64,000 bases of DNA from an uncultured delta proteobacterium. Lineage in GTDB: Bacteria; Desulfobacterota; Binatia; UBA9968. The stretch covers positions 352,001 through 416,000 of the forward strand of contig CAVSHR010000005.1 of NCBI GenBank assembly GCA_963727625.1, given 5' to 3'. The notes beneath the pieces were generated by a model. That model saw only the letters and a program-made list of their open reading frames with translations. It did not search any database and had not been told where the DNA came from. Shown piece after piece: positions 28,365 through 38,633 of the stretch (its first letter is position 1; every line of letters starts with the position of its first letter). The position numbers were made by a program, and so were the translations under genes.

Positions 28365-29744
28365 TCAGTCGGATTTCTTGTCAGAAGACCCGGGCGAGGT
28401 CGATGAGGAAACCTGACGGGACAAACGATACGCCATCAAGCCCAAGACGGCGACGCCTAACACCAGTACGCTCCACAAGATCCATTTTTTGTAATCGACA
28501 CCGTCACGCAACCGTGCCGCGCCGCCGAGCGCTGCAGCGGCGCCAAGCGTTGCCGGTTTGACGGCAAATTCCGCCGCAGTCCGGTAACCGGGTATCAGCG
28601 CGTCGATGCCATAGGCCGCCGGCTTGGCATCGCGATTGCCGTAGGCCAACTGAAACGGACCCTTGCCGCGCGCCGTAAACACCAGCGTTTGCGGCACCCA
28701 GCCAAGGTGAATCGTCGGAACTCCCGTGCCGATACCGCCGCCCTTCTGCTCGGCACGCAGCAACAATTGGCGCGCGCCGGCGCCGGATAAAGAAATCTCC
28801 GGACTCTCAACCTCGGCGTCGTCGCGGCGCAAGCGATAGACAACCGCAGTGGATCTTAGCCGCCAATCTTCTCCGTTCTTGCCACGCGCGAGTATTTGCA
28901 CCCGGGCCACGCTGTTGACTTGGGGCAAATCCACGCGCAGCCGGTCGAACGGGATCGGCCCGCCGAGATCGTAGCTAAATTCACCCGTCTTGCCGGCTAC
29001 CGGCGAGCCCTGGATCGTTTGCCAGAGGCGCGGCGCCGCAACCACGCCGGCGGTCGGTTCCGCAATTACGCTGAGCGACTCCAGCGGCGCTTGGCTTTTC
29101 GGCCAGGTGATCCGCAAATATTTATGTTTCGCGCCGCCGAGATCGAGGCGATTCTGAACCAAATTAAAGCCGCCAAAATTCACCCGCGCCAGCGCCGCGC
29201 TCCGGATCAACATCCGCCAAGCATTGAGATCGTCGCTGACTGCAACGCTGATCTTGCCGACGAATCCTTCCGCGCTGCCCCGCCAGCCAATCTGCAAAGT
29301 CCGGATTGGCTGTTTCAATGCCGATGCATCGAGCAAATAACCGATCAAGCGGCGCTCTTGCGGATTTGGCTCACCCCGGCTTCGCAGCGACACGATGGCG
29401 CCGTCGGCGCGCTTGTCGATGCGCACCTGCAAATCGTCGGCCTTGACGCCCACCGCGCCGCGCAGCGGGAATGCCGGCAGACGCACCGGCGCGGCTTTTT
29501 CGACGCGCTGGGTCTCCCTCGGCCGCAGCGCGTGCGGCACCACCTCCCCCTTCCCGTTAAAGACCCGGACATCGCCAAGATCGGCGCGCGTCACGCCGCG
29601 GTAGAGCGACGGCGGAACTTCGATTTCGTAAAGCGCGTCCTTGCCGTCGGTGTGAATGGGCATGCCGTAGGCAAAATCTGCCGGGCGCTCGGCGGCGACC
29701 GTGAGACCTGGTGTCAACGCAAGCAACAAAAAGAGTTCGATCAT
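28365..29744 (-). CDS. DUF3999-family exported protein with C-terminal TM anchor
   Basis: Signal peptide, ADLGDVRVFNG-x-GE-x-VP, GPFQLAYG and a C-terminal LWSVLVLGV helix. ATG overlaps the DUF2339 stop (ATGA). Confidence 0.8.
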   Translation of the reverse strand: MIELFLLLALTPGLTVAAERPADFAYGMPIHTDGKDALYEIEVPPSLYRGVTRADLGDVRVFNGKGEVVPHALRPRETQRVEKAAPVRLPAFPLRGAVGVKADDLQVRIDKRADGAIVSLRSRGEPNPQERRLIGYLLDASALKQPIRTLQIGWRGSAEGFVGKISVAVSDDLNAWRMLIRSAALARVNFGGFNLVQNRLDLGGAKHKYLRITWPKSQAPLESLSVIAEPTAGVVAAPRLWQTIQGSPVAGKTGEFSYDLGGPIPFDRLRVDLPQVNSVARVQILARGKNGEDWRLRSTAVVYRLRRDDAEVESPEISLSGAGARQLLLRAEQKGGGIGTGVPTIHLGWVPQTLVFTARGKGPFQLAYGNRDAKPAAYGIDALIPGYRTAAEFAVKPATLGAAAALGGAARLRDGVDYKKWILWSVLVLGVAVLGLMAYRLSRQVSSSTSPGSSDKKSD

Positions 29745-32521
29745 CTTTCCTCCTGGGCCGTGGCCGGCGGCACGGGGGAAACGTAGCCGATCACCAGCAT
29801 CAGCAAGCCGACCCCGATAAACGAGACAATGCGCTCGATGCCGCCGACATTGGAGAGATCGACAAAAAATAATTTGACCACCACCACGCCCATCAAAGCC
29901 GCCCCGGTAAGCCACAGCGGCCGCAAACGTAGACGGGTCGCGGTCAACATCAGGCACAGCGCCAACAGCGACCAGAAGATCGACAGCGACGCCTGAACCA
30001 GCATAGAGCGCATCATCGGCGCGAAACCAAAGCGCACGCCGGCCCACTGGTGCAGCGAGCGCAGCAGCGCGCCGTTGAGCCAAAAGAAGGCGGCGCTGCC
30101 CAAGCCGACCGATGCGATCTCTCCCGACCTAAGCTGCGACGGCGCCCAGTCCTCCGAGCGCAGCCGCCGAGACCAAGCAAACAACGCCATCAACGCGGCA
30201 AATTGCGTGAGATCCAAAGGGTTGATCAGCGGCAAATAAGCAATCGGCGCGGCGTCGCCGCGGCTGGTGAAGTTGGCATGCAGCATCCACAACCAAAGAT
30301 AGGCCGCGAGCGGTATTGCGCCTTCAATCAGGTAAGCACGCGGACGCCGGGACAACGGCCAGACCGACGGCTGCTTTCGGTCGGCAAGCCATACCAGCAG
30401 TGCGATCGGCACGAGCGGCCAACCGATCACGCGCCATGCCTCGCCGCCTTTGACCAACTCACCGATCCACCACGCCGCTTCCCAACTCGCCAAAGCGGCG
30501 AACAGCCAAACACCGGCGGCGTGCCACCAGTCAACTTGCGGCATCTCCTTCTCGTTACGCCGAAGCAGCCAGAGGTGGGTGACGAAGGCGAGGGGCCATA
30601 CGATATAACCGAAATATTCAAGCGGGTGGACGGCCCGGGTAGTCTCGCCGACTCCTAACGCAAACATTAGCGGCAGTAATGCAATCACCGGATAGAGAGC
30701 TTCGTCCCATTTCAAGCGCCGCCGCAGCGCGCCGAAAAGCACGCAGGACACCGTGACGAAGAGGACGACGATGTGAACGCGATAAAATCGCCTTGCCAGG
30801 GGCTCGGCTCTGACGTACGCCGTAATCTCCTCGAACCCGCTGCCGAACCACCATAACACTCCCCAGAAAAATAGCGCGACGGCGACCGATGCCTCCTCGT
30901 CGCGCAATCGGTGGCGCTGCTGTTTGAGATACCAAGCGCTAAAGAGTCCCGCTACGCTAATCATAACGGCGCCGAGATAGAAGCGATTGAATACCGGCAC
31001 TGCGCCACGCGGTTCCGCGGCAGTGAGAAACAATGCCGCCCCGGCGGCGAATTGCAGAAAAATACCGAAGCCGCGCGCAAGAATTTTATCCTGGCGCACG
31101 CCGACCCAAACGATCGCCGCGCCTTCCATGGCCCAAGCCGCGGCGGTCCAGCGCCCGTCGACGGCCAACGGGATTGCCAGCGTACCGAAAACCGCGCCGA
31201 TGGCGATGAACGCTTCGACCAACAAGCGCAGCGGGACGGCGACCCGGGAAAAAAGCGATTTGGCCAGCAGCAGGTAAAAGCCGCTTAAAACCAGAGCGCT
31301 GTACGCCGCGCCATACTCGATCCCGCGCACCATGACGGTCTGAAGGCCGAATGCGATTAGCGGCGTGCCGAATACCAGTGTGCCGTCCACCGGGCTTTTG
31401 ATGCTGGCCTCCTGGCGCAGCGCGAACAGCACTGCGATCGCCACGTAGAAGAAAAAAAAGAGAATCAGAAACGGCTCGGTGCTGGCGAAGAGTTCGGGGC
31501 GATAGAACCTTCCGCCCCAGGACAGACCGATGACGAACGTAAAAGCAAAACCCAATAGATTGAGCGAGCGCCAGGCCTTGAACCAGGCGATGATGAGAAT
31601 CCCCGAGTTGAGCAAAGCATAGAAGCTGAACAGCGCCACGTGGCTGCCGGCGCCCGTGGACGCGAGAATCGGCGCGAGAAAACCGCCGCTGATGCCCATG
31701 GCGGCAAGCGAGCGCGAATCTTGCAGCACGGCCAACATCGCGAAAAAAACCGACATCGCCACCAGCAGCGCAAAAACCAATCCCGCCGGCAGCAACTGAT
31801 AGAGGCGAAAGGCGGCGAACAGCGTGAGATAGAGCAGGCCGACGCCGCCGCCCTGCACGATCAAAGCGTAACCGGGCCGCGCCAGCCGCAACCGCCAGCC
31901 GATCGCCAACATGACCGTGGCGCCCAAGGCAACACCGATCAGCCGCGCCTCGATGGGAATTTCGATATGTTCGGAAGCGTACTTGAGCAGGAAGCTCACC
32001 CCGAAGAACAGCACGATGACGCCGAAGCGCACCAGCGTGTTGCCGCCGAGAAAGAAATTCCACAGTGCCGACGGCTGTCTCGGCGGCGGGACAGGCGCGG
32101 CAGACGCCGGTACCTGGTCGTTAGCAGCGCCTTCAAAGGGCGGCTCATCGGCCCGCGCCTCTGACGTTGGCGTAGAAAAATCGGAGGGCATCGTTGCCGG
32201 CACAGAGAAGTCTTGGGCGCCTGCCGCTCCCGACGGCTCTGCGAACACCGGCTCGACGTAAGTCGGCTCCCGTGTCTCCTCTCGGGACGCCGCGTCGGTC
32301 GCTGCGCGCGTCTGAAGCGCATTCTCCAGCACCGCAACTCGTTCTTGTAGAACCCGCACCGAAGCTTCGAGAACATGCAGCCTATCCACCTTCGGTGACG
32401 AATCCTTTTTCTGCGACAGCGACCATCCCGCGAAGGCTCCGAACAACGCGCCCAACACGGCTCCCGACGCGCCGCCCACCGTGCCGATGATCGCGCCAAG
32501 CATCAACCCGAGAAACCACAT
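29741..32521 (-). CDS. DUF2339-family large polytopic membrane protein
   Basis: GGNTLVRFGV, GGFLAPIL, DGTLVFGTP, NPLDL and KLFFVDLS...RIVSFIGVG motifs; more than 20 TM segments. GGAGG RBS. Confidence 0.85.
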   Translation of the reverse strand: MWFLGLMLGAIIGTVGGASGAVLGALFGAFAGWSLSQKKDSSPKVDRLHVLEASVRVLQERVAVLENALQTRAATDAASREETREPTYVEPVFAEPSGAAGAQDFSVPATMPSDFSTPTSEARADEPPFEGAANDQVPASAAPVPPPRQPSALWNFFLGGNTLVRFGVIVLFFGVSFLLKYASEHIEIPIEARLIGVALGATVMLAIGWRLRLARPGYALIVQGGGVGLLYLTLFAAFRLYQLLPAGLVFALLVAMSVFFAMLAVLQDSRSLAAMGISGGFLAPILASTGAGSHVALFSFYALLNSGILIIAWFKAWRSLNLLGFAFTFVIGLSWGGRFYRPELFASTEPFLILFFFFYVAIAVLFALRQEASIKSPVDGTLVFGTPLIAFGLQTVMVRGIEYGAAYSALVLSGFYLLLAKSLFSRVAVPLRLLVEAFIAIGAVFGTLAIPLAVDGRWTAAAWAMEGAAIVWVGVRQDKILARGFGIFLQFAAGAALFLTAAEPRGAVPVFNRFYLGAVMISVAGLFSAWYLKQQRHRLRDEEASVAVALFFWGVLWWFGSGFEEITAYVRAEPLARRFYRVHIVVLFVTVSCVLFGALRRRLKWDEALYPVIALLPLMFALGVGETTRAVHPLEYFGYIVWPLAFVTHLWLLRRNEKEMPQVDWWHAAGVWLFAALASWEAAWWIGELVKGGEAWRVIGWPLVPIALLVWLADRKQPSVWPLSRRPRAYLIEGAIPLAAYLWLWMLHANFTSRGDAAPIAYLPLINPLDLTQFAALMALFAWSRRLRSEDWAPSQLRSGEIASVGLGSAAFFWLNGALLRSLHQWAGVRFGFAPMMRSMLVQASLSIFWSLLALCLMLTATRLRLRPLWLTGAALMGVVVVKLFFVDLSNVGGIERIVSFIGVGLLMLVIGYVSPVPPATAQEER

Positions 32522-32900
32522 GGGTTACCTCCGCTCTCCGCACCGCGTGCTCTCACGGCACACCGAACGCACCGCCGTTGTTGGCGGCGCCGTAAAATTG
32601 TACGATTTCGCTCTTGAGTAACACAAACCGGGCTTGCGAGACCAGTGTGAAATCTGCCGCGATCACGCGCCGTTGATCGGTGGGAAATCTGCAAGCTCAC
32701 CGGGCCCCCTGTGGTGAAGCGTTGGCTCGTTCCACCGCTATCGATCCAGCCCGGCGTAGCTACCAGCCGGAGAAAAACCGAAGATCGGCCACCGAGTGGA
32801 AGCGACCGTAAATTTAGGATATTTCTGGAATGCGCCAAGGGTCAGCGGACCAGCGGCTAGGCCCTTCGGCTTGTCGGTAGAGCTTTAACTGCACTGCCAT

Positions 32901-34064
32901 TTGCGAGGAAACTTCGTGACCCTGCGGCCTTTTGATAACAGGCGCCCCTTGCGCTACCGCGTCGATCGCTTGATCCGTGACTTGATCATGCGCATCATCC
33001 GATGGCTTGCGCCGCGAGCCCAAGGGGTCGAACTCGATCCGCGCAACTCGTCCGTCAAACAAATCCTGCTGGTTCGAGCCAACTTCCGCATGGGCAACGC
33101 GCTACTCGCTTTACCCGCGATCGCCGCATTCCAGAGGCACTTCCCCGACGCCACTGTCGATTTTGTCGGCTCGCCGATTTCCCAGCTGTTGTTTCGTCAC
33201 CAGCCCTTGAACCGGCATTACATCGCGCCGCGCCGATTTCCCCGAGTGGTCTGGGAGTATCCGCGCCTGATGCACGAACTGCGCGCCAGGCACTACGATT
33301 TGGCGCTCGACGTGAGCTGTTCCCATTCGGGCGTCGGCTCTTTCATTGTCGGTTTTTCCGGAGCGCGCATCCGCGGTGGCATCGCCGGCAAGTGGGATCA
33401 GCTGTTCAATTTGAAAATCGCCAAGTTCGCCGAAAACAACAAATACCGCAAGATGACCGAACTGCTCACCGCCATGCATCTCCAAACCATCGACGCAGTC
33501 GGCGCCGTCCAATTCTCCGCCGCCGAAAAACTTGAAGGAGCCAAGACGCTCGAATCTCTCGTCGGCAACCGCAACGTACCGAGGGTGGGCGTGTTCGTCG
33601 GCGGGCGCAAGCTTCGCGGCAAACGTTGGCCGCTGGAAAATTTCGTCGAGGTCGCCAACGGCCTGCGTCGCCGCGGCGTCGCCGTCGTCGCTTTTTTCGG
33701 CCCGGAAGAAACTGACGTTGCCGGCTTGCTGCGGGCTTCTTTTGATCCGTCGATTCCAGTGATCTTCGAACCCTCGGTTAGAAAATTCGCGGCGATCCTT
33801 GCGCATCTCGATCTGCTCATCTGTTGCGACTCCGGCCCCATGCACCTCGCCTGCGCCGTCGGCGTGCGCGTGTTGGCGATCTTTCAAAAAAACAATGTCC
33901 TGCGCTGGGCGCCGCCGCCGAGCGCGGCGCGAACCGTCGCTGATACCAACGGCGCCAGCGCATCGATGGTATTGCAAGCCGCGCTTGAAGAGCTTTCCCT
34001 CGACGGCACCATCGGCGTTTCATCGGCCGGCCGGTTAAACGTACCCGCCGGCGCTCAACACTGA
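32901..34064 (+). CDS. Glycosyltransferase family 9 (heptosyltransferase-like)
   Basis: RMGNALL, YDLALD, KRWPLENF and CDSGPMHLA motifs. Start uncertain. Confidence 0.88.
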   Translation: MRGNFVTLRPFDNRRPLRYRVDRLIRDLIMRIIRWLAPRAQGVELDPRNSSVKQILLVRANFRMGNALLALPAIAAFQRHFPDATVDFVGSPISQLLFRHQPLNRHYIAPRRFPRVVWEYPRLMHELRARHYDLALDVSCSHSGVGSFIVGFSGARIRGGIAGKWDQLFNLKIAKFAENNKYRKMTELLTAMHLQTIDAVGAVQFSAAEKLEGAKTLESLVGNRNVPRVGVFVGGRKLRGKRWPLENFVEVANGLRRRGVAVVAFFGPEETDVAGLLRASFDPSIPVIFEPSVRKFAAILAHLDLLICCDSGPMHLACAVGVRVLAIFQKNNVLRWAPPPSAARTVADTNGASASMVLQAALEELSLDGTIGVSSAGRLNVPAGAQH

Positions 34065-34204
34065 ATACGGACGTCAGTTCAAAAACAGCGCAAATTCTTG
34101 TCACCCTTCCCAGACTTTGGAATCGTTTTCCACCGTTTTCTACAAACTAAGAATCGATCCTCTCCGCCGCTGCAATTTCGCTTGAAAATTGCCGTTATAA
34201 CCTT

Positions 34205-34220
34205 TGGCGCACGGTTTGCT
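34205..34220 (+). promoter_or_regulatory. Putative sigma54 (-24/-12) promoter
   Basis: TGGCGCACGGTTTGCT gives GG-N10-GC, 45 nt upstream of a small gene with a GGAGG RBS. Confidence 0.6.
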
Positions 34221-34264
34221 TTTTCATCCGAAGCAATCGGCCACTAACTCAGTCGGGAGGAACC

Positions 34265-34522
34265 ATGAACAAACATTTGATTCAGGGCGTGATTGTCGGC
34301 GCGCTTTTCACCACGGTTATCACTTGGGTCGCGGCTTCAGACGCCTTGGCGGAAGGCGGATTCGCGTTGCTCGCATCCATCGTTTTCGGTCTGGCTGCGG
34401 GTATTTGCATCGGCGGATTGATCGCCGCGAACTTCGCGATGCTCGCTGTCGAAGAGCAGGAAGCGACGGAGACCCAGAAGGCCCGAGCGCACCGCCAGGT
34501 CACCGCGCACGCCCACGCTTGA
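34265..34522 (+). CDS. Small two-TM membrane protein
   Basis: Strong GGGAGG RBS, two hydrophobic helices and a charged tail ending AHAHA. Confidence 0.7.
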   Translation: MNKHLIQGVIVGALFTTVITWVAASDALAEGGFALLASIVFGLAAGICIGGLIAANFAMLAVEEQEATETQKARAHRQVTAHAHA

Positions 34523-34943
34523 GCAGACGGCGCCCGGAAACCAGTGACGTTCCCGCGCGCCATGACCTTACCGCCTCACCGCAAAAATCTCGGTGCGGCG
34601 GTTCTTTCCTATTCGATCCTGCGCTCGTGCCCCGGCACCGCTTGAGTTGCACCTCAAGGCGACGTCAGATTATTTTCGTTGGCCAATTTCTCAAGCCGTT
34701 CTCCATATCACCGATCATCAAAGGCGGCGTCCGCGTCATTGATCCTCGGTGAAGTTTCAGTCATCGCCGCTCCGCCCGACATAACCCACAAAACCCAAGT
34801 ATGTTGATCTCGCGACGCGCGGACCTGCGCCTCCAGGAATCTCCGAGACCGGGGTGACTCGAGTTACGAAAATGGAGTAAAATGAGGGCTGGTCGTAGCA
34901 CCGGCTGGGTTGCAACCAGAAAAGATTGGAAGAGGTCATTATA

Positions 34944-35633
34944 ATGCGCGCTTTTTTCACTCTCAGGTGTTTAATGTTTTCCGCCATCCTGCTCGCACTC
35001 CCGCACTCCCATGCCGACGGCGCGGAATCTTCGACGGCGCTAACCGCCCGTGAAAGCGGCGTCGGTCTCTACGCCCAACAAGACGCTGAAACCGCGCCCA
35101 TCCGCAAACTGGACAAGGGCGACGAGCTCTTCCCCATGGTCGAAGCGGTCGGCCGAGAGACCTGGTACATGGTACGCACCAAGCAAGGTCAGATCGGTTG
35201 GGTGCGCGGCACCGACGTCGTCATCAGTAATCAAACCAGGAACGCATTTAAGGAAAATCCATACGGCTCGTCGACCTGGTCGGCGCGCACCGCGGACGGC
35301 CGCATCTTCAGCGGCACTTGGAGCATCACACCGAGCACGACGAGCAGCACCGCCTCAGGCGGTTGGACGTTGAGCAATAACAGCGGCGCTACCGTGATGC
35401 GCGGCACATGGTCCGCCGATAAGCACTCGACCGGATGGAACGGAGTCTGGCATGCCGCCGTCGAAGGCCGTGACGCGGAACTCAGCGGCAGTTGGTCCGC
35501 CGAACTCCCCTACATGCGCAACGCGCGCTTTGCCGAGATGTTCGAAGCCGCCGCCAAAGAGGCGTTGAGCGGTCTATGGACCGGTGCCAGTGAATCCGGA
35601 AGCTGGTCGATACGTTACGTGATGCCGCAATAA
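34944..35633 (+). CDS. Exported protein with SH3b-like domain and Trp/Gly-rich beta region
   Basis: Signal peptide, WYMVRT...GWV SH3 pattern and repeated G-T/S-W-S strands. Confidence 0.7.
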   Translation: MRAFFTLRCLMFSAILLALPHSHADGAESSTALTARESGVGLYAQQDAETAPIRKLDKGDELFPMVEAVGRETWYMVRTKQGQIGWVRGTDVVISNQTRNAFKENPYGSSTWSARTADGRIFSGTWSITPSTTSSTASGGWTLSNNSGATVMRGTWSADKHSTGWNGVWHAAVEGRDAELSGSWSAELPYMRNARFAEMFEAAAKEALSGLWTGASESGSWSIRYVMPQ

Positions 35634-35901
35634 CGTCCTGCGTCAAGTAATTGATCGCTGCGCCGAATTTTTCGAATGAGCTTTTGCCAAACTATCCGGG
35701 CGCGTGGGTCCGCTTCGGACCGGCATAGCAGATCCAACTTTTTTTCGCAGAGCCGAAGAGCTGTGTTATACTCCGCGGCCATGCATCAGAGGAAATCGAC
35801 GGTCAATCAACAACGACTCGGCCGCAAGCAGCGATTGGAAATACCCACCGGCTGAGCTGTCGTAGTACAGATTCCAGCCGCGCAAAGGGACCAAACAATC
35901 C

Positions 35902-36726
35902 ATGGATGCTGCCGACGCTCCCCGATTCGAGCCGATGACTACAGGCGCGCTGCTCGACCACGCGTTCCGCCTCTACACCGGCAACTTTCCCCTTATGCTC
36001 GGCATCACCGCCGGCGCCTATGTGCCGTTTTACTTGATCATGCTCGCCCTCGAGTCCGGCATCGGCGGCAAATTACAATCCCGGGTCGGCGGCCTGTCGG
36101 CGCTGCTCTTCCAAGTAATCTTCATGATCTTCTGGGCGAGCATCGCCTTTCCCATCGCCAGCGGCGCGACCACCTACGCCATCAGCGAGCGGTATCTTGG
36201 CAATGAGGTCACCATCGGCGACGCTTTGCGCCGCGGCCTGAGCCATTTCTGGGCGCTCTCGATCGCCCAGATCACCGCTACAATCCGCGTGCTCATCGGT
36301 TTTCTTCTGTTGATCGTGCCCGGAATCCTGTGGATGCTTTCTTACTCATTGATCGTGCCGGCGATTCTCATCGAAGGACAGCGGGCGCTTCCCAGTCTGC
36401 GACGAAGTCGCGACCTGGTGCGGGGTCACCGCGGCAAGGTTTTTGGGGTCTTACTGATCGTCAATCTGCTCCAGGCGGTTTTGGCCGGCGGTGTCGGCAT
36501 GATTTCCAACTTGTTTTTCAGCGCGGCTTCGGGAAGCGCCGAGATCCTCAGCTCGGCGCTGGGCAATCTGCTGTCGATCTTTCTCACCCCGCTCGGTATC
36601 ATCGCGGCGATTCTGCTCTACTACGACATGCGCATCCGCAAGGAAGGATTCGACCTGGAGATGCTCAACCACGCGCTCACGAAGGAAAACCAGAGCACCG
36701 CTGCAGCGCCTTCAGCGAGCCGCTGA
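35902..36726 (+). CDS. Conserved membrane protein (first gene of MoxR-associated operon)
   Basis: PMTTGALLDHAFRLY, SLRRSRDLV and LYYDMRIRKEGFDLE motifs; multiple TM segments. Confidence 0.8.
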   Translation: MDAADAPRFEPMTTGALLDHAFRLYTGNFPLMLGITAGAYVPFYLIMLALESGIGGKLQSRVGGLSALLFQVIFMIFWASIAFPIASGATTYAISERYLGNEVTIGDALRRGLSHFWALSIAQITATIRVLIGFLLLIVPGILWMLSYSLIVPAILIEGQRALPSLRRSRDLVRGHRGKVFGVLLIVNLLQAVLAGGVGMISNLFFSAASGSAEILSSALGNLLSIFLTPLGIIAAILLYYDMRIRKEGFDLEMLNHALTKENQSTAAAPSASR

Positions 36727-36732
36727 TCTTTG

Positions 36733-37389
36733 ATGGCCGCCTTGCAAGTCAATCCCATTCCGCCCCCGGAGAAAATCCGCGAGGCCACTCGGCAAATCCT
36801 CGATCGCCCCGAATTCGCCGAGCCGTCGCGCTGGTACCGAAGCGTGAACGACATACTGAACGCGATCAAAGAATGGCTCGACCGGCTGGGCAACTGGTCC
36901 GAGGCCCATCCCGATCTTGCCCGTGTGCTGTTTATCATCGCGCTCGTGATTCTGCTCGCTTGCCTCACTCATCTGCTCTATCTCGCCCTCGCCGACGTGT
37001 TGCCGTTTAGGCGCAAGCAAGACAGAGAAGCCGCGCGCCCGGCGCGCTGGGAGATTTTACAGGGGGCGGCAACCAACTGGCGCGAGGCTCTCGAGCTCGC
37101 CCGCGCCATGGTCAACGAAGGCAATTCGCGCCGGGCCGTCTGGATCGCCCATCGCGTTCTGCTCGGCCTGTTGGATCAACAGGGCGCGGTGAAGTTCGCC
37201 GGTTGGAAAACCAATTCGCAGTATCTTGGCGAATGCGCGCGCGATCATCCCTGGCGCCCAGCCTTCGCGGAACTGACGGAGCTTTACGAGCAAGCCGTGT
37301 ACGCGAGCCGGCAAATCTCCGCCGACGCGGCGGCGCAATGGGTTGCGCGCGTCGGCCGGTTTTGCCTCGAGACGGGAATCATCCGATGA
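36733..37389 (+). CDS. DUF4129-domain membrane protein
   Basis: ILDRPEF, one TM segment, KTNSQY and LTELYEQAVY motifs. Confidence 0.75.
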   Translation: MAALQVNPIPPPEKIREATRQILDRPEFAEPSRWYRSVNDILNAIKEWLDRLGNWSEAHPDLARVLFIIALVILLACLTHLLYLALADVLPFRRKQDREAARPARWEILQGAATNWREALELARAMVNEGNSRRAVWIAHRVLLGLLDQQGAVKFAGWKTNSQYLGECARDHPWRPAFAELTELYEQAVYASRQISADAAAQWVARVGRFCLETGIIR

Positions 37390-38633
37390 CCTCGCAGACA
37401 CAAAATCGCTTGACGGCCGCGATGGCGACCGGCATTTTTCTGGTGCTCTCGCTGTTGCTGGCGAGCCTCTCCAGCCAGCGAAGCACTGATGACCTGCTGC
37501 GCCGTCCTTCGACCTTTTTTACCGACCCGAGCGGCTCGCGCGCTTTATTTCTGGTCATGAAGCAGTTTCTTCCGAAAGTGGCACAATGGCGCCGGCCGCT
37601 CTATTTACTGCCGTTGCCCAACAGCCCGGACGAACCAAGCACGCTAATCGTGGCCGGGCCGGCGCGGCCGATTTCCGCCCATGAAGCCGGCTCCCTCCAC
37701 GGTTGGCTCGCCTCCGGCGGCCAGCTCATTTTGCTCAATGACAGCGGCTGGCCCCTGGGGCAGCCTTCAACGAGCTATGACGCCCCGTCAAAAAAGGACT
37801 CGCGCGCGTCGAAGGATCGCGACGACAAGCTCGCCGCGACGTTTTTGTCGCGCTACGCGCCGGGCTTGCGCTGGACTAAAGCAGTCCGTACCCGGGCCGG
37901 GCGCGCCATCGGCTCATCGCTCTCCACCCAAGAGCTCACTCTCCACTGGCGGCGCAGTTTCAGCGCCACCGGCGGCGCCAAGGTCGTCGCCGCCATCAAC
38001 AATGCCAGTCTCGCCGTTGAGTTGCCGGTGGGCCGGGGACGCATCATCGCTGTCGCCGATCCCGCGATGGTCAGCAACGGCGCGCTGCGCCGCTCGGACA
38101 ACGCGGTGTGGCTGGTTGATCTGGCCGCCGGCTGGGGCAACGGCAACACGTTTTTCGACGAATATCATCTCGGCTTCGGCCAAAAACGCAGCACCGTTGA
38201 ATTGACCCGCGCCTTTCTCATGACCCCCTGGGGCTGGTGCGTTTTGCAACTCGCCGCGGCGGGACTGCTTTACCTATTCGCCTACCGGCGCCGCTTTGGC
38301 CGGATCCGAGAGCCGCCGCCGTCTAATCGCGCCAGCCCGCTGGAGCTGCTCGACGCCCGCGCCGGAGTGTTCCGGGCCGCGGCGGCGCGAGCGCTGTCGG
38401 CGGAATTGATCGTGCAGCATCTTTGTCAGAATCTCACCAAGAGTCACGGCAAAACCATAGATACCGTCAATTTGAGCCGAGAGCTGGCAATCATGGCAAA
38501 AACTCGCGGCGCCGTCGCGGCAACGCTTCAAGGATTGTTCGGTAAAGTGCAAAATGGCCAGCGTCTGAGCGACCGTGAGTTTATCGAGCTCGGCCGCAGC
38601 GCGGGCGAAATCAGCAGAGGACCGAAACCATGA
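37386..38633 (+). CDS. DUF4350-domain membrane protein
   Basis: PSTF...GSRALF, WLASGGQLIL, GRGRII, FDEYHLG and RRFGR motifs. ATGA coupling to the upstream gene. Confidence 0.78.
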   Translation: MTSQTQNRLTAAMATGIFLVLSLLLASLSSQRSTDDLLRRPSTFFTDPSGSRALFLVMKQFLPKVAQWRRPLYLLPLPNSPDEPSTLIVAGPARPISAHEAGSLHGWLASGGQLILLNDSGWPLGQPSTSYDAPSKKDSRASKDRDDKLAATFLSRYAPGLRWTKAVRTRAGRAIGSSLSTQELTLHWRRSFSATGGAKVVAAINNASLAVELPVGRGRIIAVADPAMVSNGALRRSDNAVWLVDLAAGWGNGNTFFDEYHLGFGQKRSTVELTRAFLMTPWGWCVLQLAAAGLLYLFAYRRRFGRIREPPPSNRASPLELLDARAGVFRAAAARALSAELIVQHLCQNLTKSHGKTIDTVNLSRELAIMAKTRGAVAATLQGLFGKVQNGQRLSDREFIELGRSAGEISRGPKP

